DNA of 64,000 nucleotides from the NCBI GenBank assembly GCA_964353775.1, contig CAYGWB010000005.1:66690-130689 (forward strand). The letters run 5' to 3'. This document shows positions 19,903 through 28,744 of this stretch, one piece after another. The translations under genes were made by a program, and so were the position numbers. Origin of the DNA: an uncultured archaeon. GTDB taxonomy: Archaea > Aenigmatarchaeota > Aenigmatarchaeia > Aenigmatarchaeales > JAHLMS01. Positions within the stretch are counted from its first letter, which is position 1; every line of letters starts with the position of its first letter. The notes beneath the pieces were generated by a model. It did no database searches, had not been told where the DNA came from, and saw only the letters and a program-made list of their open reading frames with translations.

Positions 19903-20451
19903 TTGGGTTTCAGGATAAGGATTGAAAACGTGGTTGCTTCTGCGACACTTGGTGTCAACATAAAGCTGGAAAAATTGGTCGCTACGATGGACGGAATCGA
20001 ATATGAGCCCGAGCAGTTCCCCGGTCTGGTGCTTCGACTTAAGGAGCCGAAGGCGGCCGCGTTGGTATTCTCTTCTGGTAAGATAGTCTGCACCGGAGCG
20101 AAGAGCCCTGGTGATGCGAAAATTGTCATAGCAAAGATAGTCCAGAAGGTGAACAAGCTCGGCTTCCGCGTACCTCCGCACTACAAGGTCAAGCTCGAGA
20201 ACATAGTCGCGTCTGCGAAGCTGGACAGAGAGCTTAACCTCGACCAGATTGCTTTCACGCTCGAAAACACCGAGTACGAACCCGAACAGTTCCCTGGATT
20301 GGTCTATCGTATGGACGATCCGAAGGTGACATTCCTGCTGTTCGGCTCAGGAAAGATAATCTGCACGGGCGGACGCTCAATAGCCGACGTCCGAGTGGCG
20401 GTTGCCCGTCTGGACAAACGGTTGCGAGCACTCGGTCGTAAACATAAATAA
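19903..20451 (+). CDS. tbp: TATA-box binding protein
   Basis: Two direct repeats of the TBP fold (ENVVASATLG...EQFPGLVLRL / ENIVASAKLD...EQFPGLVYRM). TTG start. Confidence 0.95.
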   Translation: MGFRIRIENVVASATLGVNIKLEKLVATMDGIEYEPEQFPGLVLRLKEPKAAALVFSSGKIVCTGAKSPGDAKIVIAKIVQKVNKLGFRVPPHYKVKLENIVASAKLDRELNLDQIAFTLENTEYEPEQFPGLVYRMDDPKVTFLLFGSGKIICTGGRSIADVRVAVARLDKRLRALGRKHK

Positions 20452-20509
20452 TCGGCCAACAGAAACGCTTTAATGTTTATTCATCAACCATATAGCTACA
20501 GGTGTCTAC

Positions 20510-22513
20510 GTGGCAGAGTCAGAAATAGAGCATTTCGAGGATTTTTTCAGGCAGAGTTATTCAAAGGACATAATGTCTGCGGCGGCCGCAGGCAAGAAAT
20601 CCTTCACCGTAGACTTCGGTCTTCTCGACAAGTTCGACCCGATTCTGGCTGACAAGCTTCTGAACGATCCCGAGCCCATGTTTGAGGCAGCACGCGAGGC
20701 CGTAAAGGCCATAGATATGCCTGAAGGCTCGGTGACGCTCGAACCGCGATTCAACAATGTTCCGAAGAGCCAGAATGTCCGCATACGGAACCTGCGCAGC
20801 TCGCATATCGGCAAGTTCCTGGTCATCGAAGGAACCGTGCGCCGCGCTTCTGAAGTGAAGCCTGAAATATCAGTCGCAATATTCCAGTGTCCGGATTGCG
20901 GCAACAAGATTTCTGTCAAGCAGACGGACCGTATACTGAAAGCGCCGGGCATGTGCGAATGCGGACGAAGGGGGATGGGCTTCCAGCTCGTCGACAAGAA
21001 GCTTTTCGACGCCCGATGGCTCACGCTCGAAGAGCCTTTCGAAACGGCATCCGGCGAGCGACCGGGCGAGATTGCGATATATCTTCGCGACGACCTGACC
21101 ACACCGGAGATGCAACGCAAATGTGATCCGGGAAACCGACTTATGATAAGCGGAATTGTCCGCGAGCTCAAGAAGATTTCCAAGGGCAGGATGCGTACCC
21201 AGCTCGAGATTTTCTTCGATGCCAACCATATCGAAGCGACCGAGATAGAATGGGAAGAGGTCGACATAACCCCGGAGAACGAGGAAGAGATAAAGAAGTT
21301 CGCGGCCGACCCCGAAATCTACAACAAGCTCGTTGCCTCCATCGCACCGTCGATATTCGGTCTGGACGAGATCAAGAGGGCCATTGCACTGCAGATGTTC
21401 GGCGGAATAGCGCATCTTCAGGCGGACCGGACAAGAATACGAGGCGACATTCACATACTTCTGTTAGGTGACCCGTCAACTGCTAAATCACAATTACTCA
21501 AGCTCGTATCATCTATAATACCTCGCGGCAAGTATGTCAGCGGCAAAGGTACGACAACGGCCGGATTGACTGCCACTGTTGTAAAAGATGAGGAGTTCGC
21601 CGGCGGCTGGGTTCTGGAAGCAGGCGCGATGGTGCTCTGCAACAAGGGTGTCATCTCCATCGACGAGTTCGATAAGATGACCAACGAGGACCAGGTCGCC
21701 ATGCACGAGGCGCTCGAACAGCAGACCGTCAGCATCGCAAAGGCCACCATAATAGCGACGCTGCCTGCGCAGGTCAGCGTTCTGGCGGGCGCCAACCCGA
21801 AATACAGTCGCTTCGATCCTTTCCGTTCCATAGTCGACCAGATAAACATCCCCGATACCTTGCTCAGCAGGTTCGACCTAAAATTTGCGCTGCGGGACGT
21901 ACCGGACCCTGAACGCGACATGAAACTGGCCACGCATATTCTCGAGACGAGGCTGCAACCGGAACGCGCAAAGCCGTTGATATCGCCGGAGTTCCTGCGA
22001 AAATATATCGCTTATTCACGCAAGTACTGTGTGCCCCTGATGACTAGGGAAGCTATGGAACGGTTGAAGAACTTCTATCTCGACATGCGTGCACAGGCCA
22101 CGACAGACACGGTACCGATAACGCTACGACAGAACGAAGCACTGATGCGACTGGCTGAGTCATCGGCCAAGATAAGGCTGAGCCAGAAAGTCGAAATCGA
22201 GGATGCCGAGCGCGCCATATCCGTCATGCGTTTCTCATTGCAGCAGCTGGCATACGACCAGACTACCGGAAAGATAGACATCGACCGTACGGAAGGAATG
22301 CCGGCGAGCCAGCGCTCAAAGATACACTCAATGCTCGATATAATAGATAAGCTGGAAAAGTCCATAGGCAAGCAGATCCCTCGCGAGGATCTTATAGCTG
22401 AAGCTGAGGACGAAGGCATATCCGGCAGGGAAGCTGAAGATATACTTGACAGGCTCATACGAGACGGCACATTGCATTATCCACGGCTGGGAGTCGTACA
22501 GAGGACGAGGTAA
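20510..22513 (+). CDS. mcm: MCM replicative helicase
   Basis: C4 zinc finger CPDCG...CECG, Walker A GDPSTAKS, Walker B IDEFDKM, arginine finger SRFDL, C-terminal wH. GTG start. No intein. Confidence 0.95.
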   Translation: MAESEIEHFEDFFRQSYSKDIMSAAAAGKKSFTVDFGLLDKFDPILADKLLNDPEPMFEAAREAVKAIDMPEGSVTLEPRFNNVPKSQNVRIRNLRSSHIGKFLVIEGTVRRASEVKPEISVAIFQCPDCGNKISVKQTDRILKAPGMCECGRRGMGFQLVDKKLFDARWLTLEEPFETASGERPGEIAIYLRDDLTTPEMQRKCDPGNRLMISGIVRELKKISKGRMRTQLEIFFDANHIEATEIEWEEVDITPENEEEIKKFAADPEIYNKLVASIAPSIFGLDEIKRAIALQMFGGIAHLQADRTRIRGDIHILLLGDPSTAKSQLLKLVSSIIPRGKYVSGKGTTTAGLTATVVKDEEFAGGWVLEAGAMVLCNKGVISIDEFDKMTNEDQVAMHEALEQQTVSIAKATIIATLPAQVSVLAGANPKYSRFDPFRSIVDQINIPDTLLSRFDLKFALRDVPDPERDMKLATHILETRLQPERAKPLISPEFLRKYIAYSRKYCVPLMTREAMERLKNFYLDMRAQATTDTVPITLRQNEALMRLAESSAKIRLSQKVEIEDAERAISVMRFSLQQLAYDQTTGKIDIDRTEGMPASQRSKIHSMLDIIDKLEKSIGKQIPREDLIAEAEDEGISGREAEDILDRLIRDGTLHYPRLGVVQRTR

Positions 22514-22515
22514 AG

Positions 22516-23262
22516 ATGGACAAACAAAGGATGACGGCCAAGAAGGCATCTGTTGCAGAGGTTGTCGGCGGCAGGTTCGTCCACAAGGGCGGGCTTGAAA
22601 GCAGCTATGTCATGACCTCGCTTGGTCGGAAGCTCAGCCGCGTCCGTGTTATGGGTCTTGTTGTCGACAAGTTCGTAAGCCCGGACGAGAAGTATGCTAC
22701 AATAACGCTTGATGACGGCAGCGAAACAATCCGCTGCAAGTCCTTCGTCAACATAAAGATATTCGACGGCATGACGCTCGGAGACCTTGTCGACGTCTTC
22801 GGCAAGGTCCGTTTCTATGGCGGAGAGATATACATAACGCCCGAGATCGTACGCAAAGTGCAGGCGAACACGGGCACCATGCGCATGCTTGAGCTCGAGC
22901 GCGTATACACACATCAGAAAAAACTCATAGCCAAGGTCGCTGAGATAACAAAGACCACCGCTGATGCGGCCGAGGTCAAGAGGCTTTCTGCCCAGATAGC
23001 CACGTCGGAAGAAGTTGATGGCGTACTCGAGGCCGAGGAGGCCGCCACGACAGCAGCCGAAGAAAACGTCTCGGCGGTCGCTGAAAGACGAACGAAAATT
23101 CTGGAGCTGATAATCCAGCTGGACGGCGGCGGCGGTACGGACTACACGGAACTCATCTCCAAGTCCGGTCTCCCCGAATCGGTCGTTGACGCGACCGTCC
23201 AGGAGCTTCTTGAGAGCGGAGTATGCTTCGAACCCCGTCCAGGAAAGATTAAAAAGCTCTGA
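22516..23262 (+). CDS. RPA2/Stn1-like OB-fold protein with C-terminal winged helix
   Basis: OB pattern VRVMGLVVDKF...ATITLDDGSETIRCKSF is typical of RPA32-type OB folds. Acidic linker and C-terminal wH (TDYTELISKSGLPESVVDATVQELLESG). Starts 3 nt after the mcm stop. Confidence 0.6.
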   Translation: MDKQRMTAKKASVAEVVGGRFVHKGGLESSYVMTSLGRKLSRVRVMGLVVDKFVSPDEKYATITLDDGSETIRCKSFVNIKIFDGMTLGDLVDVFGKVRFYGGEIYITPEIVRKVQANTGTMRMLELERVYTHQKKLIAKVAEITKTTADAAEVKRLSAQIATSEEVDGVLEAEEAATTAAEENVSAVAERRTKILELIIQLDGGGGTDYTELISKSGLPESVVDATVQELLESGVCFEPRPGKIKKL

Positions 23263-23268
23263 AGGACT

Positions 23269-23685
23269 ATGATTGGCATGGAAGATTACGAAGAGATGCT
23301 GACGAAGGTCTATTCAAAATTGCCAAAGCTCCCGACCAGCGGCGAGCGTTTCAACATACCGACCGTTGACGCGACGGTCATAGGGAGCCAGACCGTGATC
23401 AGGAATTTTTCTGATGTCGCGGCCGCGCTCCGACGCGAGCCAAAGCACCTTCTCAAGTTTCTCTCCAAGGAGCTGGCAGCGCCCGCCAACATCTCTGCCG
23501 GACGCGCCCTTTTCCAGGCGAGGTTACCGCAGCGCTCTATCCAGACGAAGCTCGAGGTTTACGTGAAGGAGTTCATCATATGCCACGAGTGCAGGAGACC
23601 GGACACGCGTCTCGACAAGCTGGACAGGATAATAGTAATGGTATGCGAGGCGTGCGGCGCCAAGTCCTCTGTCAAGCAGATTTAA
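23269..23685 (+). CDS. eif2b: translation initiation factor aIF2 beta subunit
   Basis: 138 aa. Central aIF2-beta core and C-terminal zinc ribbon CHECRRPDT...CEACGA. Confidence 0.9.
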   Translation: MIGMEDYEEMLTKVYSKLPKLPTSGERFNIPTVDATVIGSQTVIRNFSDVAAALRREPKHLLKFLSKELAAPANISAGRALFQARLPQRSIQTKLEVYVKEFIICHECRRPDTRLDKLDRIIVMVCEACGAKSSVKQI

Positions 23686-23709
23686 ATTCAGGCTCCGACA
23701 AACCCAATC

Positions 23710-24063
23710 ATGCGCGGCCAGTTCTTCGTGATATCGGCTGTAATCATAATAACCTCGCTGGTGCTGATAACGCAATATCTGTACGATTTCGGTCGTACCA
23801 ACCTGGCATCGCTGGCCGAACTGCGCGAGACCGACTACGTGCGATACATTCGGACAACGCTGAACAATTCAGCGGACACCAACTGTACGTTGGCTGGAGA
23901 CGAGCTGAACGCGAGTGAAAAGTTCTTGACAGGAAGCCTTGCCGAGCGAGGCATGATACTGTCGACCTATCACAACATCGTTGGGACGACCGTAAACATC
24001 AGATTCAACATCACTACGCCGGGCTTCGGCAGTCAGACGGCCTTCACGACTTTATGCAGATAG
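23710..24063 (+). CDS. putative type IV pilin-like (class III signal peptide) protein
   Basis: N-terminus MRGQFFVISAVIIITSLVLITQYLY, a short basic leader with an RG/Q junction followed by a hydrophobic helix. The remainder is secreted-like with N-x-S/T sites. Confidence 0.4.
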   Translation: MRGQFFVISAVIIITSLVLITQYLYDFGRTNLASLAELRETDYVRYIRTTLNNSADTNCTLAGDELNASEKFLTGSLAERGMILSTYHNIVGTTVNIRFNITTPGFGSQTAFTTLCR

Positions 24064-25088
24064 GGAAGGTAGTCGCTTCTTATTTTGGCTTTCGAGCAGT
24101 GCAGCATCGGCGCGAGCCTGCCCGCTAGCGACTCCCTCTCTACGTTCACGCTTCTTAGCTGCTTCAGCATTGCCAACCTGTCAGGCGTGCTGTATCTGCT
24201 CCAGCCGCTCGAACCTTTCAGCAGCGCGAACTCGGTAAGTATGTTCCTGCTCGTCTCTGCGTGTCGCCTGCGCATCATGTCGGCCCTGCTCAGCAACTCA
24301 AGCGCCACGGCCACGTCCTTCGGGTTCCGCCATTCTATGAATATGTTCGTTTCAAGCCACGAGAATATCTCATCCAGATCCATGTCGGCCTCGGAGAGCG
24401 CCTGCTTCACAGAGGACATGTTCGTGCCCTTGAACAGCGCGGACATCAGTTCGAACGGGTTCCGCGTCTTGTCTAGTGCGACTAGCTCTGCGCCGTCGGC
24501 TCCTGCAGCCAGCATTTCAAGACAGTTCAGCCCTGCGCGCATGTCGCCGCCTGAGATCGCGGCAGCTGCCTGCAACAGCTGCAGGTCCGCCGATATTCCT
24601 TCCCTTTCCGCTATTTCTTTCAGTCTCTCTGCTATGACTTTCGTCGGAAGCTTTGATATCGCGATCATCATGGAGTATTGTCGCAGCGACCTCATGGCCG
24701 GCTCCCACGGGTCGATCGCGGTGAGAACGACCGGCCATCTGCTGCGCTTTATCACGTCTATCAGTTCGGTGACATTGCTCCTGTTCTCGACCGCTATCGC
24801 ATCCACGTCATCGATGAGTATGATGCGCTGTTTGCCCGTAAGCGTTGTCTGGGTAGTCGCGCCGACGATCGCTTTGATGTCATCGACGTCCTCTATCTTG
24901 ATCAGGTCGCGCCCTAGGTCGGATGTTATGGCGCGGACCAGTACTGACTTGCCGCAGCCGGGCGGGCCGTGAAGTAGGAGCGCAGAACCTCTTTTCCAAC
25001 CCGTCAGCCATTTTAGGATCGTCTGCGTCGTTGCCGCCGCACCTAACACATCAGAACTCTTCAGGGGTCGCCATCGCTCGGCGAACAT
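24033..25088 (-). CDS. rfcL: replication factor C large subunit (short form, 351 aa)
   Basis: AAA+ Walker A GPPGCGKS and Walker B IILIDDVD. The ATG at 25086-25088 abuts the rfcS stop (25090-25092). Confidence 0.8.
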   Translation of the reverse strand: MFAERWRPLKSSDVLGAAATTQTILKWLTGWKRGSALLLHGPPGCGKSVLVRAITSDLGRDLIKIEDVDDIKAIVGATTQTTLTGKQRIILIDDVDAIAVENRSNVTELIDVIKRSRWPVVLTAIDPWEPAMRSLRQYSMMIAISKLPTKVIAERLKEIAEREGISADLQLLQAAAAISGGDMRAGLNCLEMLAAGADGAELVALDKTRNPFELMSALFKGTNMSSVKQALSEADMDLDEIFSWLETNIFIEWRNPKDVAVALELLSRADMMRRRHAETSRNILTEFALLKGSSGWSRYSTPDRLAMLKQLRSVNVERESLAGRLAPMLHCSKAKIRSDYLPYLHKVVKAV

Positions 25089-25089
25089 A

Positions 25090-26061
25090 TCAACCGCTCT
25101 CCAAAAGAGCGAGCCTGGCCAGCATGGCCGATATCTGTATCGCCGGATCGCCGCCGGCATCTATCCTCCAGGCATATTCGCCTGTCAGGTTTAGTATGTT
25201 CGCCTTGGCCTTGTCCGGCACGTCGAACGTCCAGACCTCTCGGCTGATGGCCCGTACTATCTCTTCGCCGGACATGCCGCGCTTGAGCAGAAGTTCTAGG
25301 AGCAATTGCCTAGCCGTCTGGAGCTGCCCGTTGAGCGCGGCCTTTATCATGGCCTTTATTTCTGCCGGCCGCGCGGCCGCGGCAGTCGCATAGACGGTCT
25401 CCTCGTTGATCTCCGGAGTGACGGAGGCAGCGGCCTGCAGTATGTTTATCGCCTTTCGCATGTCGCCGTCTGCCTGATTGCAGACCGCGACCAGGGCCGG
25501 CTCGTTGATTGAAATATTCTCGCGCTTCGCAATATCGCTCAGCCTTGCCTGGACATCGGAAGCATCAAGCGATTTGTACCGCAGTACGGCGCACCTGCTC
25601 TGGATGGCGGGAATTATGCGGTTGCTGTAGTTCACCGACAGGCAGAACCTGCACGCCCCCGCGTATGTTTCCATTATTCGCCTTAGCGCCGCCTGCGCTT
25701 CGGACGTGAGCGCATCTGCCTCGTCGAGAAAAATAAGTTTGAACGGACCGGAGACTGCGCGCGTTCGCGCGAAGTCCTTTATCTTGACCCGCATGGTGGC
25801 GATGCCTCGTTCGTCGCTGGCGTTCGTCTCCAGAAAGTTCGCGCGCCAATGCTGTCCGAACAGCTTGTGCGCGAGCACCAACGCGGCCGTTGACTTGCCG
25901 CAGCCCGGTGGTCCGGAGAACATCAAGTGCGGCAATCGGCCGGCCTCCACGAACGCACTAAGACGTTCCACGACGGCCTTCTGACCCACTATCTCATTCC
26001 ACTCAGTAGGCCTGTACTTCTCTGTCCATATGCCTGCTGTAGAACTATGTTCGTCTGTCAT
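25090..26061 (-). CDS. rfcS: replication factor C small subunit
   Basis: RFC boxes: WTEKYRP, GPPGCGKS, LDEADALT, SRC motif IQSRCAVL. No intein. Confidence 0.95.
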   Translation of the reverse strand: MTDEHSSTAGIWTEKYRPTEWNEIVGQKAVVERLSAFVEAGRLPHLMFSGPPGCGKSTAALVLAHKLFGQHWRANFLETNASDERGIATMRVKIKDFARTRAVSGPFKLIFLDEADALTSEAQAALRRIMETYAGACRFCLSVNYSNRIIPAIQSRCAVLRYKSLDASDVQARLSDIAKRENISINEPALVAVCNQADGDMRKAINILQAAASVTPEINEETVYATAAAARPAEIKAMIKAALNGQLQTARQLLLELLLKRGMSGEEIVRAISREVWTFDVPDKAKANILNLTGEYAWRIDAGGDPAIQISAMLARLALLESG

Positions 26062-26587
26062 AATATCTCCCCACTTCGGCTTTTATCAATTTGTTGACAA
26101 TTTTTATAATGTTATAGATGGAAAAGGTCGTAGCTAAAAATCCCAAAAGAACAAAGTAAGACATGTATTCAATAATAACCCCCGTCGTTAATAAACCCAA
26201 AACCTTTGTTTGTGTATCCAGTGCCCATACGGGTTGAGTCATATTCACACACGTAGTAATATTTAGACATACATAACTTCCGGACATTATAGAATAATAA
26301 CTCAAAACGATAACAAGAAAAAATACGGCAATACTAAAAATAATTGAATATAATAAAAGATTCAGATTATCTTTTTCACTTTCCAGACTATTATACTTTT
26401 CTACTATTTTGTTAACTGATAGTTTGATTTTATTTTTTTCCAATCTTAATTTTTGTAAAGTTATATTTTTACTCCAAGAACGTAAAAATGGAAATATTAT
26501 GGATATAATGACCAGATTAATGGATAGCATAGCAACACTTAAATTAAAGGTCCAATTGAACGGTTCTAAAAAGTAATATAAACTCAT
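26045..26587 (-). CDS. 4-TM membrane protein with central coiled-coil loop (island gene 6)
   Basis: 180 aa, AT-rich codons, four hydrophobic helices. Has its own TATA (GCTTTAAATATTTTA about 25-30 nt upstream). Its stop lies 17 nt inside rfcS. Confidence 0.5.
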   Translation of the reverse strand: MSLYYFLEPFNWTFNLSVAMLSINLVIISIIFPFLRSWSKNITLQKLRLEKNKIKLSVNKIVEKYNSLESEKDNLNLLLYSIIFSIAVFFLVIVLSYYSIMSGSYVCLNITTCVNMTQPVWALDTQTKVLGLLTTGVIIEYMSYFVLLGFLATTFSIYNIIKIVNKLIKAEVGRYYDRRT

Positions 26588-26656
26588 AGTCTATATGGAA
26601 GTTATAAAATATTTAAAGCTTGATTAATGACGTCAGCTCTATCTAAAGTTCCCATT

Positions 26657-27598
26657 TTATCTAAAATATTCTTCAGGGCTAATCCGCTGCATAAACTTAT
26701 AATTCCTTTTATTACCAGTTCTGTTTAAAATACCTTTTTTATGTAGACGATTTAAAGTATTCATTACAGTCGCTTTCGGAAAGCTAAACTCTAATTCTTT
26801 AAGTTTTTCCATTATTGATGAAAATGTGACATCTTGCTTGAAAAATCCGTTTTTGTAAAGAAGTATAATGGCACTCTCAGCTACAGGTTTTTCGCCTTTT
26901 TTCCCAGTAACGATTGCTGGCCTGATGATTAAAATGGAATTTGCAAGCTCACGGAGAGCCGGCGTGTAAATGCTGGTATCTGGATAAATGTTTTCTATTA
27001 TTTGTAAATAAAAAGAATAAACACGAGGTAAACTACTTATACAAAATTTGGCGTCCATTTCTTCAGCGGCTGGGACGTCATGCGGGCCCTTTCTATCACG
27101 TGTATGATAGATAGACTTCATCAGATGGCAAATATCTTCGGCATCTTCGAAATGTAAAGTTTTTGTGGCATATTCTTGTAAAATCCCTACCTGGTCTTCA
27201 ACCTTTTTAGGAATAGTTTTTGTGTCGCCTATAATCGGCCAGAGCCTCTTTAGCATCCTTTCTATCACCATACCGCATCGTGTTGCAGCATCGCGAAACG
27301 ATGGATGTTTGAATTCTTCAAGAGATACAGTGTAGTGCTCAAAAGGCGTTATCAAAAGATCAAGAATGTGCGCAGCGCATCGTAAATGGCTGATATCTTG
27401 TTCTGACTTTAGGAGCAAAAGTATATTTTCAAGCACATCGAACGCATCGTCGTTAGATAAGAATTTGCTCCATATTTTTATAACTTCTTCTACTTTATTT
27501 GTCGCATCCCTGTAGGCTTGTGGTGGATAATCATTCATTCCACACTCGTGCAGAAGTTCAAGTATTTCCTCAATTTTCTTTTCCTGTTCTATGAGCAT
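26657..27598 (-). CDS. helical HEPN-like domain protein with C-terminal winged-helix module (island gene 5)
   Basis: 313 aa. The helical N-domain contains HTRDRKGPHD (R-x5-H). The C-terminus carries YKNGFFKQDVTFSSIMEKLKELEF...LNRLHKKGILNR, the module shared with three neighbours. Confidence 0.5.
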   Translation of the reverse strand: MLIEQEKKIEEILELLHECGMNDYPPQAYRDATNKVEEVIKIWSKFLSNDDAFDVLENILLLLKSEQDISHLRCAAHILDLLITPFEHYTVSLEEFKHPSFRDAATRCGMVIERMLKRLWPIIGDTKTIPKKVEDQVGILQEYATKTLHFEDAEDICHLMKSIYHTRDRKGPHDVPAAEEMDAKFCISSLPRVYSFYLQIIENIYPDTSIYTPALRELANSILIIRPAIVTGKKGEKPVAESAIILLYKNGFFKQDVTFSSIMEKLKELEFSFPKATVMNTLNRLHKKGILNRTGNKRNYKFMQRISPEEYFR

Positions 27599-27606
27599 TT
27601 ATCAAA

Positions 27607-27930
27607 TCACCATACATAGGCTACCTTTTCTTTTTCATTGACGATTTTCGTGGCACGTCTAAGTTTCCGTTTGCTCTGGAGACGGAGCAGAGCCATAGTC
27701 ACTCTATTCACTTCACAATGATAGTTCATTTCCTCAAGTTTTCTATGAGTTTCAATATCTGTTTGCGGCGTGCTGAAGAAGCCACTGTCACGCAATTTCA
27801 ATATTTTATTTGGGAGACTGTCCGATTTCACTACTTGGCGCGGACGAGCTTTCATAGTCATTTCAATAGCTGTAACGCGATGTTCCAACTGCGAAAGCCT
27901 CTCTTCGATATTTGTCATGGCGGTTGTCAC
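27607..27930 (-). CDS. small coiled-coil plus winged-helix-module protein (island gene 4)
   Basis: 107 aa. LRDSGFFSTPQTDIETHRKLEEMNY module. GTG start overlaps the upstream stop (GTGA). An alternative ATG is at 27918. Confidence 0.5.
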   Translation of the reverse strand: MTTAMTNIEERLSQLEHRVTAIEMTMKARPRQVVKSDSLPNKILKLRDSGFFSTPQTDIETHRKLEEMNYHCEVNRVTMALLRLQSKRKLRRATKIVNEKEKVAYVW

Positions 27931-28181
27931 CCCACCTTTTTATATCTCCATTTTTCCTTGTCTGTTCGTTCATCTTTCGGAATCTCTTCCCGTTCAAGCC
28001 CAGTCGAAGGATCCTGACACATCTTTGTGAGCATCCGACATATCATGCCAATCTTTTTGCCCTTCACATTGAACCCACGGGCTTGGAGCTTTTTCACAAC
28101 ATCGGCAGGTGTTTTCCAGTCATTGAAAAATCCTTGATTCGGCATCTCTTGAAGGACGTCTTTGATTTCAGGTTTTGACAT
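27927..28181 (-). CDS. small winged-helix-module protein (island gene 3)
   Basis: 84 aa. PNQGFFNDWKTPADVVKKLQARGF module. GAGAGG SD in the 22-nt spacer upstream. Confidence 0.5.
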   Translation of the reverse strand: MSKPEIKDVLQEMPNQGFFNDWKTPADVVKKLQARGFNVKGKKIGMICRMLTKMCQDPSTGLEREEIPKDERTDKEKWRYKKVG

Positions 28182-28203
28182 TACTGCATCCTCTCTGCTT
28201 TCT

Positions 28204-28743
28204 TCATATGGATACGCCTTCCGCGAGCTCTTTTATCAGACGAAGACCTTCTTTACGACCCGGAGTCGTCAGTTTATATGCCGTATTCGGGGAATACTTA
28301 GTTCCTATAGTGATAATTAGACCTTTACATGCCTGAGTCAACGTGCTTCCAAAGCTCGTACTGACGGTCACGCCAGCATCTTCCATATGGCTCTTCATAA
28401 TGGCTGTCATTATACATTCTTCACCATATGCAAATTCATAGGCCGTAAGGATGACCAAACATATCTTCTTCATCTTTTCTTTTTGCATGCCCTCGATTAT
28501 TGCAATGAGTATCGGTTTTTCATTCGCGAATTCGAATACGGACTTGAGTTGCTCATCGGTAACATTGACCGCCACGGCCAGTTTCTTTATACCTTCTTCT
28601 ATGCTGTGCTGAGCAGCAGGTACCGCGGCTTTGAAAGCGGTTGGATGCTCCTTGAATTCTGCTTCCGCCTGCTCACGACTGTCAGCGATGATGACGGGCA
28701 TAACCTTACCCCTTGAATCGATTATGAATTTCAGTGACATCAT
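28204..28743 (-). CDS. hypothetical protein with C-terminal wHTH-like region (island gene 2)
   Basis: Start set at ATG 28741-28743, 1 nt after the upstream TGA (28745-28747). The longer track ORF (to 28920) would overlap gene 1 by 176 nt. Confidence 0.45.
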   Translation of the reverse strand: MMSLKFIIDSRGKVMPVIIADSREQAEAEFKEHPTAFKAAVPAAQHSIEEGIKKLAVAVNVTDEQLKSVFEFANEKPILIAIIEGMQKEKMKKICLVILTAYEFAYGEECIMTAIMKSHMEDAGVTVSTSFGSTLTQACKGLIITIGTKYSPNTAYKLTTPGRKEGLRLIKELAEGVSI

Positions 28744-28744
28744 A

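Noticed and set aside
19825-20181. The N-terminal 119-codon extension of the dph6 ORF (track ORF 19156-20181).
   Set aside because: The extension runs through the divergent TATA region and into tbp. The Dph6 family begins at the PP-loop (MRLAALFSGGKDS), and a TATA box sits 22-29 nt upstream of that ATG.
24085-24972. A 295-aa plus-strand ORF within rfcL.
   Set aside because: It is antisense to a gene with clear AAA+ motifs, and the translation is Ser/Ala-rich low complexity.
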